Source of the DNA: an uncultured Verrucomicrobiae bacterium
Lineage (GTDB): Bacteria; Verrucomicrobiota; Verrucomicrobiia; Chthoniobacterales; UBA10450
Direction: 5' to 3'
Assembly: GCA_963735805.1 (NCBI GenBank)
Contig: CAVTMK010000002.1
Location: 1,120,001 to 1,184,000, forward strand
DNA: 64,000 nucleotides
Each line of letters begins with the position of its first letter. Position 1 is the stretch's first letter. Below the pieces are notes generated by a model. That model was given only the letters and a program-made list of their open reading frames with translations. It was not told the origin of the DNA and ran no database searches. Below are positions 1-10,624 of this stretch, piece after piece. A program made the position numbers and the translations under genes.

Positions 1-1016
1 GTGCCGCAGCAACCACCAACCATGTTGAGCCAGCCGTTCTCGGCCCACTTGGCGATCTTGGGTGCAAAAGTCTCGGCTGTTTCCGGGAACCCGGTCGGGG
101 AGAGCGGGTCCGGAAGACCCGCGTTCGGGTATGCGCTGATGTAGTACGGCGAAATCCGCGCCAGCTCTTCCACAAACGGTTCCATTTCATCCGGACCCAG
201 GGAACAGTTTAGACCAAGGACCAGCGGCTCAGCATGCGCGAGCGAAATGAGCGACGCTTCGACCGTTTGTCCGCTGAGGTTCCGTCCGGATTTGTCGATT
301 ACAGTGCCCGAGATTATCAACGGTACGTTGCGTCCGGTTTTTTCGAATGCATCCATGATCGCGAAGAGTGCCGCTTTTCCGTTGAGTGTGTCGAAAATCG
401 TTTCCACAATGAGTAGATCGACGCCACCTTCGAGCAGAGCTTTTGCTTCATCGAAGTAAGTTTGGCGAAGCTGATCAAACGAGACCGCGCGAAATGCCGG
501 ATCGTTCACGTCGGGTGAAATGGAACCTGCGACGGGAAGGGGTCCCATTGATCCGCCAACGAATCGTTGCCGGCCGGTTTCATTCGCGATTCGATCCGCA
601 GCATGTCGCGCGATCCTGGCTGCTTCGAAATTAATTCCATGTACCAGTGCACGAAGTTCGCCATCGTCCACAACGCGCTGAAAGAATTCCTGATCTTTGC
701 GACCGCGCGTAGGCTCACCCTGGAACAGAAAATCGTGCAAACCAATGGTTGTTCCGCTGAACGTGTTCGTTTCGATAATGTCGGCGTCCGCATCGAGATA
801 AGCGGCGTGAATTTCCTCGACGACCTGGGGCTGAGTTAAATTGAGCAGTTCCAGGCTGCCCTTGAGATCCTTGCCTTTCCAATCCCGAAACCGTTTTCCT
901 CGATAATCGGCCTCAGAAAGCTGGTAGCCCTGGATCATGGTGCCCATGGCGCCATCGAGTAAGACGATGCGCTCGCGCAGGAGGCTTTCTAAAGGATGAA
1001 GACCATTTGTTGCCAT
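1..1016 (-). CDS. metH: B12-dependent methionine synthase, N-terminal part (runs off the left edge)
   Basis: Manual translation of the minus strand: MATNGLHPLESLLRERIVLLDGAMGTMIQ...ADIIETNTF...ALLEGGVDLLIVETIFDTLN, the homocysteine-binding domain. Missing from the ORF track because its stop lies outside the window. Confidence 0.93.
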   Translation of the reverse strand, partial: MATNGLHPLESLLRERIVLLDGAMGTMIQGYQLSEADYRGKRFRDWKGKDLKGSLELLNLTQPQVVEEIHAAYLDADADIIETNTFSGTTIGLHDFLFQGEPTRGRKDQEFFQRVVDDGELRALVHGINFEAARIARHAADRIANETGRQRFVGGSMGPLPVAGSISPDVNDPAFRAVSFDQLRQTYFDEAKALLEGGVDLLIVETIFDTLNGKAALFAIMDAFEKTGRNVPLIISGTVIDKSGRNLSGQTVEASLISLAHAEPLVLGLNCSLGPDEMEPFVEELARISPYYISAYPNAGLPDPLSPTGFPETAETFAPKIAKWAENGWLNMVGGCCG

Positions 1017-1272
1017 GATCATCCGGAACTAAAGAGCGTTTTCCGGGGCGAATCAAGCAACAAATTGACGTATCATGATATGTAGATGTGTTCTGAAAGT
1101 AACCAATTGTCAATAAACACCCGGGTTCTGGTGAAACCGGATACCAAAAGAGCGGGGTTGCCTAAAGCGAAACATACAGCATTCGCACCCGGGGGATTCG
1201 GAGGCGAGCTATCGGTGCCTGATCGAGGACTAATCGATCTTAGTCCGGTATCGAATGACAGACCGCGTCAGC

Positions 1273-2025
1273 TTACGGAGCAATACGATCGGTGAGAGTG
1301 TCCGTATGATATGCGGTATGGTCGCGCAAACGGAACCAGGGGCTGTCCTTCTTAGTAGTCTGAGCCACAGCCGTTTTTTCCCCGGTGGCAAAGTCTTCCC
1401 ATGAATTGTAGCGAGCGATGCTGAGGAAGGTCCAGTCAGCTCCTTCCAGGTGCTGCATTAAAACGTTGCCGGCAGTGGTGTCGCCTGTCGCGCTCGGCGT
1501 TTCGCTCAACATCTTTTCCAATTGCTCGCGATGACCAGGAGCCGGGCGATAATACGAGACGGAGTAAACCGAGCCCGCAGTTTTGGACGTTGAGTCGCCG
1601 CCGATACCCATGGCGCGGCTGAACTCTTCCCATGAAGGACCGTTGACGAAGGTATCGGTGTGCCACTCGCTCAAGTCGCGTTTGTCCGGAGGCACAGCCG
1701 TGCCCGCCGCCTCAACGGTCGCTTTGGTACCGAGATGGGTAATGACTACGTAATCCCAGGCGTCGCCATCCTGGTGCCGAAGAACAATAAAGTGTCCCGG
1801 CATTGGGTCGTTGGGATTCGGCGTCTTGAGCCAATCGCCTAACTGAACGGCTTTGCCGAGAGCGGCCTTGGTGAAATGGACGTGATAAACATCGGTTCGT
1901 TTTCCGGTACCGGCAATGGTGGCACGCTTTTCACTCGCAGCCTTTGGAGTGTCCTGCGCCTGAACAAATGTCGCAGGCAACAGGCTTAATAATGTAATGG
2001 CAGCAATACTGACGATTAGTTTCAT
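1273..2025 (-). CDS. Secreted hypothetical protein with two internally similar alpha/beta domains (dimeric alpha-beta barrel-like)
   Basis: Signal peptide MKLIVSIAAITLLSLLPATFVQA; the halves share VY...GxxxQL...L...H.EG/DG..W motifs. Confidence 0.65.
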   Translation of the reverse strand: MKLIVSIAAITLLSLLPATFVQAQDTPKAASEKRATIAGTGKRTDVYHVHFTKAALGKAVQLGDWLKTPNPNDPMPGHFIVLRHQDGDAWDYVVITHLGTKATVEAAGTAVPPDKRDLSEWHTDTFVNGPSWEEFSRAMGIGGDSTSKTAGSVYSVSYYRPAPGHREQLEKMLSETPSATGDTTAGNVLMQHLEGADWTFLSIARYNSWEDFATGEKTAVAQTTKKDSPWFRLRDHTAYHTDTLTDRIAP

Positions 2026-2305
2026 GAATGTTTTTTCTCTCTGATTGTATGTTGAACGTGGACCTTGGATGCAGCGCAGGATTCCGGACGGAATCGAAGA
2101 GAGAGGTTCGTTGCGCTCTTAACCGTCGAGCCTATAGCGAACGCGCATTGGGATGTCAACAGTTATCGTCCGATAGGCATCGAGTTTGTTGCGGTCCCGG
2201 CTTTGCTTTTACCTCCAGCGTTTTTCTGCGGTGTTGGACATTTGTGTTTCGTCACTTTCCTGTCCGGCAATTCTCTCGACTTCTCTGGATGTGACGATTA
2301 GGTGA

Positions 2306-3544
2306 GTGCCCATGGAAGCGGTCCGGCTCTTCAAGTCGCTTGACCGCAATCAACGGAACACGTTCCTGGCTTGCTTTCTGGGGTGGGCACTGGATGCCTT
2401 CGATTTTTTCCTGCTCACATTTGTTATCGAAACGATGGCGCGCGATTTTCGCACGAGCATCGCCGATCTCAGCTACGCGATTACGATCACGCTGGCGATG
2501 CGCCCCCTGGGAGCGTTCATCTTCGGACTGCTTGGCGACCGGTTTGGACGCCGCATGCCGCTAATGATCGACATCATCTTTTATTCTCTCATGGAATTGC
2601 TCACTGCGTTTTCCCCGAATTACACGTGGCTGCTGATTTTCCGTGCGCTTTACGGAATCGGCATGGGCGGAGAATGGGGACTTGGAGCGTCGCTGGCAAT
2701 GGAGACCCTGCCGACCGCGGCGCGTGGATTGTTCTCGGGAATTTTACAGCAAGGTTATGCGTTTGGTTATCTCCTGGCTGCAGTTGTGTATTGGATCGTG
2801 TTTCCGTTCTTCGGGTGGCGCGGTCTGTTCGTCGCAGGAGCGTTACCCGCGCTTTTGGTGCTCTATATCCGCTCCCGGGTGCCTGAATCGCCGGTTTGGA
2901 TGCGTCGTCAGCGCGATACGAGCCATTTTTGGAGCGATTTGCTTGGTGTCATACAGCGTCACTGGGTTCTCTTTCTTTACGTCATTCTGCTGATGACGGC
3001 GTTCAACGCCCTGTCTCATGGCACGCAGGACATGTATCAAACTTTTCTCGGCCAGCAGCGCCGCTTCGGCGTGACGCAAAAAGCTGCGACCGGAATCATT
3101 TATGCTTTTGGAGCGATCTGCGGCGGAACAATTATTGGTCACCTGTCGCAAAAATGGGGACGCCGTCGCTCGATTATTTTGACTGCCGTGTTCGGAATAA
3201 TCCTTATTCCTCTTTGGGTTTTTCCGCCGGGATTTGCCCTTCTTGTGATCGGCGGGTTTGCGATGCAGTTCATGGTACAAGGGGCCTGGGGTATCGTGCC
3301 AGTGCATCTAAATGAACTTTCGCCCGATGCACTGCGCGGAACGTTCCCCGGCGTTGCGTATCAACTTGGAAATCTGTTTGCCGCCAACACCGCTGTTATT
3401 GAGGCGCGGTTGGCTGACCATTTCCACAACGCGACCGGACAGCCAGACTACGCAAAGGCGCTTGCCCTTTTTACGTTGGTAATTTTTGTGGCGTTGGTCG
3501 TGCTCGCCGCAATCGGGCGCGAAGAGCGCGGGAAGGAATTCTAA
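2306..3544 (+). CDS. MFS transporter (sialate/carboxylate:H+ symporter-like)
   Basis: About 12 hydrophobic segments; GWALDAFDFF, GLLGDRFGRR and GMGGEWG motifs. Confidence 0.9.
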   Translation: MPMEAVRLFKSLDRNQRNTFLACFLGWALDAFDFFLLTFVIETMARDFRTSIADLSYAITITLAMRPLGAFIFGLLGDRFGRRMPLMIDIIFYSLMELLTAFSPNYTWLLIFRALYGIGMGGEWGLGASLAMETLPTAARGLFSGILQQGYAFGYLLAAVVYWIVFPFFGWRGLFVAGALPALLVLYIRSRVPESPVWMRRQRDTSHFWSDLLGVIQRHWVLFLYVILLMTAFNALSHGTQDMYQTFLGQQRRFGVTQKAATGIIYAFGAICGGTIIGHLSQKWGRRRSIILTAVFGIILIPLWVFPPGFALLVIGGFAMQFMVQGAWGIVPVHLNELSPDALRGTFPGVAYQLGNLFAANTAVIEARLADHFHNATGQPDYAKALALFTLVIFVALVVLAAIGREERGKEF

Positions 3545-4269
3545 CGATGTCCGGTGGATGGCGCCAGGCCGGTGCCGCCACTGGAAGTATCTGGCTGCGG
3601 CTGCGCGGCCACCTGAGTCGACGGGCGATAAACACCCGAGCCGAAGCGTTGCTCGACAATCGCTTCCGCGATCCGGTCTGCAAGAAGTTCGCGATATTCC
3701 CAATCGCGCGTCTTGTTAGCCTCGGAACGATTGCTCAAGTATCCGCATTCTACCAGCACCGCGGGACAACTTGCCAGGCGCAGCACGCGAAAGTTTGCTG
3801 TGTGTACCCCCCCATTTGCTGAATTTGGAATGGTCGTCAGTTTTGCCTGAATCCCGTTCGCCAGATCGGATGAAACGCCTGAATGATAGTACGTTTCAAA
3901 TCCGCGAATCCGGCGCTTGCCCGAATCGTTGAAATGTATGCTCACGAAGATTGCGTTCTTCTGTGCATTCTCGATAGCCACACGATCGTTCAATTCAATA
4001 AAAACGTCGGAGGAGCGGGTCATTACGGTTTTTAGCTGCGATTCGCGCAGCTTACGGTTGAGACGCTGGGCGACGTCTAGCGCAATCAGTTTCTCCGGTG
4101 GACCATACCGGCGATAGGCGCCGCTATCCTTGCCGCCATGTCCGGCGTCCACTACGACGGTATTGAAAGTTTTGCTCGTGTTTTTGACTCTGGTCGTCGT
4201 AACGGTACCGCAGCCGACCAACGAAGCGATAGAAGCAATCGCAACGAGACGAGTGACCTTGCCCGGCAT
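3541..4269 (-). CDS. N-acetylmuramoyl-L-alanine amidase (Amidase_3), probable lipoprotein
   Basis: VVVDAGHGGKDSGA, FVSIHFN and AVLVECGYLSN motifs; lipobox LVGC. Confidence 0.92.
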   Translation of the reverse strand: MPGKVTRLVAIASIASLVGCGTVTTTRVKNTSKTFNTVVVDAGHGGKDSGAYRRYGPPEKLIALDVAQRLNRKLRESQLKTVMTRSSDVFIELNDRVAIENAQKNAIFVSIHFNDSGKRRIRGFETYYHSGVSSDLANGIQAKLTTIPNSANGGVHTANFRVLRLASCPAVLVECGYLSNRSEANKTRDWEYRELLADRIAEAIVEQRFGSGVYRPSTQVAAQPQPDTSSGGTGLAPSTGHR

Positions 4270-4423
4270 TCTGACTTAATAGCAAAAAATGCGCATTCCA
4301 CCAAAAATTTTCTGTGCCAGCCTTAAACAATGGAACGGAATTGGACGGCCAGTTGTCTATTGATCGCAAGCGCAAAAAGCACTTGTGTTTTGTGCTGCTG
4401 CGCTTAATGCGTTTACTTCTTTT

Positions 4424-5710
4424 ATGATAATCCGATTTGCGATCCTCCCCTTGTTTCTGGCGTTGAACCTTTCGATGTGTAAGAAGCAGGAAAGTGTCTC
4501 GTCGAGTTCGAAGCAGGCGAGCGCTTTATCACCGACGCCCGCTACTGCTGCCACGCCAGCCGCGGAGGCATCCCCGAAGATTACCAAGCCAGTTGTGGAT
4601 CAAACTGCTCAGGTACTTATTTTCTGTTACCACCGCTTAGTGGACAAGATTCGCTATCCCGGGACCGAGATCACGCCTGCCGCGTTTGAAGCGCAGATGA
4701 AAGAATTAAAAGACCGTGGTATTACAGTCATTCCAATGCAGGATTTGCTCGCCTGGAAGCGGGGCGAAAAGAACATACCCCCACGAAGCGCGGTTGTTAC
4801 TTTCGATGATGGCTGGAAATCTCAATACGAGGTCGCGTGGCCGATCATGAAGAAGTACGGCTATCCGTTTACGATGTTCATTTACACCGAGGGCGTGCGC
4901 GGCGGCTCGTTAGGCGGCGGCGAAGCGATCACATGGGAACAGCTCGCCGACATGCGCGATAACGGAGTGGATATTGAGGCGCATTCCGCAACGCATCAGG
5001 ACTTACGCGAGGGCCATACCATAATGATAGCCAATCCCGGCGGAAAAAGGACACGGACGAAATTGACCGGACCGCAGTATGAGGAATGGATGCACAACGA
5101 AGTCGTCGGTTCCAAGGATCTGCTTGAGCAGCGGCTGGGCATCAAAGTGAATTGCTTTGCGGTTCCATTCGGGAATTACAACGAGCACGTTAAGGAGATT
5201 GCCCGTAATTCCGGCTACGAGGCGATGTTTACCGTTTACGGTCAGCCTATCACTTTTACATCACCGATGGATTCAATCGGGCGTTATGCGATTGAAGCGA
5301 ACAAGCCCAAGGTTTTTGAAGATGCTGTGAAAATGATCGCTACTTCCAGCGGAGGAGGAGCAGCAGTGGCCGAGGTTGGCGCGAAGGATCTCTCGACTCG
5401 GCCGGCAGATGGTGAAACGGTGCGTACGGCGCTACCTCTTATTAAGGCGAACCTCAGCGCGATCGGTCAGATCGATCCCGGCAGTGTGCAAATGCGCGTG
5501 AGCGGCCTCGGCGTTGTCCCCGCGAGCTTCGATCCGAAGTCGGGCACGGTCTCGTATCAAGTGACGCAAAAGTTACACGACAAATCGTGCAGCGTGATTG
5601 TAAGTGCGAAGTCACAGGGAAAGAAGGTCGAAGCACACTGGACTTTCGGGATCGAAGAAGGTGCGGCCGCGGGAGGTGTAACTCCGCCCATACCGACGCC
5701 GAAAAAATAA
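4424..5710 (+). CDS. Polysaccharide deacetylase (CE4/NodB) with C-terminal Ig-like domain
   Basis: YHR, VTFDDG, HSATH and AVPFG motifs; N-terminal signal/lipoprotein-like leader. Confidence 0.88.
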   Translation: MIIRFAILPLFLALNLSMCKKQESVSSSSKQASALSPTPATAATPAAEASPKITKPVVDQTAQVLIFCYHRLVDKIRYPGTEITPAAFEAQMKELKDRGITVIPMQDLLAWKRGEKNIPPRSAVVTFDDGWKSQYEVAWPIMKKYGYPFTMFIYTEGVRGGSLGGGEAITWEQLADMRDNGVDIEAHSATHQDLREGHTIMIANPGGKRTRTKLTGPQYEEWMHNEVVGSKDLLEQRLGIKVNCFAVPFGNYNEHVKEIARNSGYEAMFTVYGQPITFTSPMDSIGRYAIEANKPKVFEDAVKMIATSSGGGAAVAEVGAKDLSTRPADGETVRTALPLIKANLSAIGQIDPGSVQMRVSGLGVVPASFDPKSGTVSYQVTQKLHDKSCSVIVSAKSQGKKVEAHWTFGIEEGAAAGGVTPPIPTPKK

Positions 5711-5795
5711 GCGGGTTTTCAGGGGTCGCCATTTCTTACCCGAACTGGGCGATCAGGAAATCGCCGCTCTATAACTGGCGTAACGGGCTTAACAT

Positions 5796-7118
5796 ATGTT
5801 CTCCCAACTCTCCGACAAACTTCAGGACATCTTCAAAGAGCTTCGCGGGCACGGCACGATCAGCGAATCGAACATCGATGCCGCATTGCGGCAAGTGCGC
5901 CTCGCTTTGCTTGAAGCCGACGTCGATTTTCAAGTCGCTAAAAAATTCATAGCTGGCGTTAAGGAAAAAGCGCTTGGAGAAACGGTTCTTCGCAGCATTA
6001 CGCCAGGTCAGCAGATCGTAAAAATTTTTCACGACGAATTAACGGCCTTGCTCGGCGGCGAGGCCGCACCAGTCGATCTTGGAAATTCAGGCCGTATTTT
6101 GATTGTCGGCCTTAATGGGTCGGGCAAAACAACTTCCTCTGCCAAGTTAGCGTGCCTTCTGAAAAAGCAGGGCCGCGCGCCGGTTCTAATTGCGTGCGAT
6201 TTGCAGAGGCCAGCGGCGATCGAACAACTGGCAACGCTGGGAAAACAAATCGACGTTCCTGTGTTCACTCCTGAGCCGGGCGAGAAAACTGTGCGTCGCG
6301 CCGCCGCCGATGCGTCCTCAAAAGCACGACGGCCAGATGCACCGGTTGTCGAAATCTTCGATACGGCGGGTCGCCAGGAGATTGACGAAGCGCTGATTCA
6401 GGAGCTCAAGGAGTTGAAGGAATTTTTAGAGCCGCAGGAAACATTGCTCGTGGTTGATGCCGCTACGGGCCAACAAGCAGTCAACGTTGCATCCCGTTTT
6501 AACGACGCTTTAGCGATAACAGGAATCATTTTGACAAAGCTTGACGGTGACGCGCGAGGCGGCGCGGCCTTGTCAATGCGCCAAGTCACTCACCAACCAA
6601 TCAAGTTCACGGGAACCGGCGAGAAGCTTGACCAGTTTGAAGTCTTTGTCCCTGAGCGGCTCGCCGGTCGAATCCTCGGAATGGGCGACGTGGTTAGCTT
6701 GGTCGAAAAAGCAGCGGAAGCGGTCGATGAAGAAGAAGCAGCCCGCCTTGAGCGGAAGCTGCGCACCGCCTCGTTCGATTTCAATGATTTTCTGGTGCAG
6801 TTCAAGATGATGCGGCGGATGGGCCCGCTGGAGAATATTCTTGGCATGTTGCCAGGCATGGGTAATATGCAGGGCCTTTCTGTTGACGAGAAGCAGCTTA
6901 AACGCACGGAAGCCATCGTGCTTTCGATGACAAACGAGGAGCGGACGCGTCCCGGCATTTTGAATGCGCGACGTCGTCAGCGTATCGCACGCGGCAGCGG
7001 CTGCACTGTGACGGAGGTAAACGATTTGCTACGACGCTTTGATCAGATGCGGAAGATGATGAAAAGCGCGGGCAAAATGAAAAAGATGATGGCGCAAATG
7101 GCGCGAATGAGAAGTTAA
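5796..7118 (+). CDS. ffh: Signal recognition particle protein
   Basis: [24 protein letters not shown], and the M-domain [10 protein letters not shown]. Confidence 0.97.
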   Translation: MFSQLSDKLQDIFKELRGHGTISESNIDAALRQVRLALLEADVDFQVAKKFIAGVKEKALGETVLRSITPGQQIVKIFHDELTALLGGEAAPVDLGNSGRILIVGLNGSGKTTSSAKLACLLKKQGRAPVLIACDLQRPAAIEQLATLGKQIDVPVFTPEPGEKTVRRAAADASSKARRPDAPVVEIFDTAGRQEIDEALIQELKELKEFLEPQETLLVVDAATGQQAVNVASRFNDALAITGIILTKLDGDARGGAALSMRQVTHQPIKFTGTGEKLDQFEVFVPERLAGRILGMGDVVSLVEKAAEAVDEEEAARLERKLRTASFDFNDFLVQFKMMRRMGPLENILGMLPGMGNMQGLSVDEKQLKRTEAIVLSMTNEERTRPGILNARRRQRIARGSGCTVTEVNDLLRRFDQMRKMMKSAGKMKKMMAQMARMRS

Positions 7119-7119
7119 C

Positions 7120-7461
7120 ATGGCAGTTTCAATCAGATTACGCAGAGAAGGAGCAAAAAATAGCCCCTACTACAAAGTGGTAGTGGCCGACAGGCGCAGT
7201 CCGCGCGATGGGAAGTTTATCGAAACCATCGGCACGTACGACCCAAAAAAGCCCGGTCAAAACAGCACGTTGAAAATTGATCGGGTCGAATACTGGATCA
7301 GCAAAGGCGCGCAACCGTCCGACACCGTGCGCAGTTTAATCAAGAAGAATAAAAAGGCGACGGCGACCCCGGAGGCCCCATCCGAACCAGTTCGGGCGAA
7401 CCAGCAATCGACTCAAGAGCAGTCGCCACCTCCGCCGCCTCCGGTTGAAGACGCCAGCTAA
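7120..7461 (+). CDS. rpsP: 30S ribosomal protein S16 with Pro-rich C-terminal tail
   Basis: [11 protein letters not shown]...[17 protein letters not shown]...GAQPSDTV. Confidence 0.97.
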   Translation: MAVSIRLRREGAKNSPYYKVVVADRRSPRDGKFIETIGTYDPKKPGQNSTLKIDRVEYWISKGAQPSDTVRSLIKKNKKATATPEAPSEPVRANQQSTQEQSPPPPPPVEDAS

Positions 7462-7646
7462 AAGCTGGCCCCTTTGGCAATAGCAATTCGCTTCGCACCG
7501 CCGCACGACCTTTACGGTCTCTTCGGCTGAGATCGGCGGACGCCAGAGCACTGGAACTTCGAGCGGGCGACAATTCGTGCTAATCGTGTTTACCCGTCGT
7601 GCCGTAGTGTTGTGCAAGGCGGTTTCGTGGATACTCTTTCCGGCGC

Positions 7647-7877
7647 ATGAGAGAATTTCTCGAATTCGTCATTCGCCAACTAATTGAATTTCCTGACGAC
7701 ATGGTGTTGACGGAAATTCCAAACGGCAGAACAACGGTTTTTAAGCTGCAACTTCGGCGGGGAGATGTCGGCCGGGTGATCGGCCGTGGCGGCCAGACCA
7801 TTCAAGCCATTCGCGCTCTGCTCGCCAGTTCGGCTGCCCGCCATGGCCAACGCGCGATCCTCGAGATTGTGGAGTAA
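7647..7877 (+). CDS. khpA: KH-domain RNA-binding protein
   Basis: DVGRVIGRGGQTIQAIR (GxxG); typical position after rpsP. Confidence 0.9.
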   Translation: MREFLEFVIRQLIEFPDDMVLTEIPNGRTTVFKLQLRRGDVGRVIGRGGQTIQAIRALLASSAARHGQRAILEIVE

Positions 7878-7898
7878 ATTTCCACAATTGATTCATTA

Positions 7899-7928
7899 TT
7901 GGACGTTGGCCGCGGGCCGTTCGACGTT
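7899..7928. repeat. Degenerate heptamer tandem repeat (TTGGACG-like) upstream of trmD
   Basis: ttggacg ttggccg cgggccg ttcgacg tt; same unit as the array at 26.15 kb. Confidence 0.55.
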
Positions 7929-7938
7929 TTCTCCCTGA

Positions 7939-8607
7939 GTGAAGATCGACATCCTGACGTTGTTTCCAGACATCTGTCGTGCGCCTCTTGGCGAGAGCAT
8001 CATGAAACGCGCACAGGAGAGTGGGATTATTGATCTTCGGATCCATAACCTGCGAGACTGGACAACAGATAAACATCACATCGTGGATGACGCGCCGTTC
8101 GGCGGGGGTCAGGGAATGGTCATGAAACCGGAGCCAGTTTTTGCAGCCGTCGAGCAGCTCCGAAATCAAACATCAAAAGTAGTGCTGATGTCGCCCGCCG
8201 GGCATCAGTTTGACCAACAAACAGCGACACAGCTTTCGCAGGACGCACATCTCATTATCATTTGCGGTCATTACGAAGGAATCGATCACCGCGTGATTGA
8301 ACATCTGGTGAACCTGGAAATTTCCATCGGCGATTACGTTCTTACCAACGGAGCGATTGCAGCAGTTGTTCTTGTCGATGCAATCGTGCGCTTATTGCCC
8401 GGCGCGCTTGGTCACGAACAATCCGCCGTTGACGACAGTTTTAACCAGGGACTTCTTGAAGCGCCGCAGTACACACGACCCGCAGAGTTCCGCGGCTGGA
8501 AAGTTCCGCAGGTTTTGCTCTCGGGAAATCACGCAGAAATTACAAAGTGGCGTAGAGAACAAGCGATAAAACGCACACGCGAAAATCGGCCAGATCTTCT
8601 CGGATAA
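7939..8607 (+). CDS. trmD: tRNA (guanine37-N1)-methyltransferase
   Basis: [32 protein letters not shown] and LLSGNHA motifs. Confidence 0.97.
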   Translation: MKIDILTLFPDICRAPLGESIMKRAQESGIIDLRIHNLRDWTTDKHHIVDDAPFGGGQGMVMKPEPVFAAVEQLRNQTSKVVLMSPAGHQFDQQTATQLSQDAHLIIICGHYEGIDHRVIEHLVNLEISIGDYVLTNGAIAAVVLVDAIVRLLPGALGHEQSAVDDSFNQGLLEAPQYTRPAEFRGWKVPQVLLSGNHAEITKWRREQAIKRTRENRPDLLG

Positions 8608-8660
8608 ACCCGCAATACTCAGGGGTTGTCATCCCGAGTCGCGCAGACGAACCGGCGTAG

Positions 8661-9899
8661 CTATTGAGGCGCTTTCCCCAGAACGACACACGCATTAATT
8701 CCGCCGAAACCAAATGAGTTACTCATTACATATGTCAGCTCGGCTTCCCGTCCGTGATTAGGCACAACATCGAGGTCACACAACGGATCGTGATTCGTAT
8801 AGTTGATTGTGGGTGGAACCCATTGACGATCTAAAGCAAGCGCGCAAAGCGCGGCTTCGATCGCACCTGTCGCGCCCAGCGGATGCGCGTAATAACCTTT
8901 TGTCCCGCTAACTGGGATTCGTTGTGCGTGGTTGCCAAGCACTTGTTTGATCGATGCCGTCTCTGCACTGTCGTTGAGCTGGGTTGAACTGGCGTGCGCA
9001 TTGATATAATCGATCTGTTCGGGCGCCAACTGCGCGTCCGTAAGCGCCTCACGCATCGCGCGAATGGACGATTCGCCGTTCGGCAATGGCGAAGTCATGT
9101 GAAAAGCATCATTATTTATGCTGTATCCGAGCACTTCCGCGTAAATGTGCGCATCGCGGCTGCGCGCATGTTCAAGTTCTTCAATGACGAGGGACGCACC
9201 GCCTTCGCCCATTACGAATCCATCACGCAACAGATCGAACGGGCGGCAAGCCAGCGCAGGGTTCTCCGGCCATCGGCTCATGGTTTTAATGATGTCGAAT
9301 GCGCCGATGGTGATAGTCGTCAAGGGGGCTTCGGCTCCGCCGGCGACAACCACATCGACAAAATCGTCCCGGATGTAACGCAGTGCTTCGCCCACGGATA
9401 CTGTGCCACTGGCGCAGCTGTTCGAATTTGTAGTCCCCGCGCCGCGAAACCCGAACTCGATCGCGATATTCGAGTGGGCGGAACCACCGAATACCTGAAC
9501 GGCGAGCGTGGGTTGAACGCCACGCGCGCCCTTTTTTAGATACCTGAGATACTGTTCTTCGGCCTTGCAAACGCCGCCAAGCGCCGTGCCAAAACTAACA
9601 CCGACGCGATCCTGTGGTTTTTCGCGGGAATACTCGAGCCGCGCATCCTCCAGCGCCAGCTTTGCCGATACGACCGCGAACTGAGCGTAACGGTCTAATC
9701 GTTTCAAGCGTTGCGGTGAAAAAAACTGCTCGGGGTCCCAATCATTAATCTCGCCGGCTGCGCGTACGCGGAAGACGCCGGAATCGAAGCTTTTGATACC
9801 ACTTTTTTCAGCCAGAATTGCGTTCCAAAAATTCTCGCGTCCGTGTCCGATGCAAGTAATTGGCCCAATCCCAGTGATAACGGCGCGTCTTCGACTCAT
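8661..9899 (-). CDS. Beta-ketoacyl-ACP synthase (FabF/type II PKS ketosynthase-like)
   Basis: RAVITGIG, catalytic NSCASG, DGFVMGEG, INAHASST and SNSFGFGG; the ATG at 9899 overlaps the upstream gene's TGA (ATGA). Confidence 0.9.
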   Translation of the reverse strand: MSRRRAVITGIGPITCIGHGRENFWNAILAEKSGIKSFDSGVFRVRAAGEINDWDPEQFFSPQRLKRLDRYAQFAVVSAKLALEDARLEYSREKPQDRVGVSFGTALGGVCKAEEQYLRYLKKGARGVQPTLAVQVFGGSAHSNIAIEFGFRGAGTTNSNSCASGTVSVGEALRYIRDDFVDVVVAGGAEAPLTTITIGAFDIIKTMSRWPENPALACRPFDLLRDGFVMGEGGASLVIEELEHARSRDAHIYAEVLGYSINNDAFHMTSPLPNGESSIRAMREALTDAQLAPEQIDYINAHASSTQLNDSAETASIKQVLGNHAQRIPVSGTKGYYAHPLGATGAIEAALCALALDRQWVPPTINYTNHDPLCDLDVVPNHGREAELTYVMSNSFGFGGINACVVLGKAPQ

Positions 9900-10351
9900 G
9901 CGATGACCTTGTTTGTGTTCGCCTCGACGTACGATTTCATGCAACGCAGCGTCTTGTTCGCAATATGACGAATGAAAAAGTCGCCGATAACCTTGTCCGC
10001 GATGGGCGCTAAAATCTTCACCCGAAATACTAGATCGTGTTTGATTTCGACCAGCACGCCGTCTGGGATTTCCTTAAATGTCCATACTACACGCATTCCT
10101 TTCGTGAACGCTTTCAAGTGACAAAATCGGACTTCAACGCGGTCCCGATCGATAATTTGTTCTGAGGTCCAGGAAATCGGAATTCCGGACCGCGTCGCAG
10201 CCATGACGACAATGTTTCGGCTCGGGCTATGTTCGAGATAACGAATATAGCGATAGTGAGGAAGAATCTGCGGCCAAAGCTCCAGGTTTGCTGCTGTCTC
10301 GAAAATCGTCATTCTCGGCGCGCAAATGATGATGGAGTTGGCCTTGTGCAT
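9896..10351 (-). CDS. SRPBCC/polyketide cyclase-aromatase family protein
   Basis: IFETAANLELWPQILPH start typical of START/SRPBCC folds; coupled to the ketosynthase. Confidence 0.78.
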   Translation of the reverse strand: MHKANSIIICAPRMTIFETAANLELWPQILPHYRYIRYLEHSPSRNIVVMAATRSGIPISWTSEQIIDRDRVEVRFCHLKAFTKGMRVVWTFKEIPDGVLVEIKHDLVFRVKILAPIADKVIGDFFIRHIANKTLRCMKSYVEANTNKVIA

Positions 10352-10624
10352 TGGAAGTGATAGCCACCGCAAAATGAAAACCCACCCAACCATCGATGTT
10401 GCGCACTTTCTGCGGGACAGGGGATACTCCCCCGAAAAGTAATTTCACGAAAGGAAAAATTATCCGTCAAAATCAGAGAATAGGTTGTTGCTCGCGGAAG
10501 TAGATCTGGCTAACGCTATTCCGAAGGCAAGGGAATTGAACTCTTGCCCTTGGCCTAGACCGGAAAGACGCGCGTTCACGTCCGACCGTCTGTAATCTTT
10601 ACTGTTAACTGGTTGAGTTTGAAG

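Noticed and set aside
234..839. Short track ORFs at the left edge
   Set aside because: Shadow ORFs of metH; most other nested or antisense track ORFs were dismissed likewise.
1100..1260. Canonical SAM-I/IV or cobalamin riboswitch for metH
   Set aside because: Only GGCAACC is present on the minus strand; the AUC/GAU P1 and GGUGC elements and a B12 box are missing.
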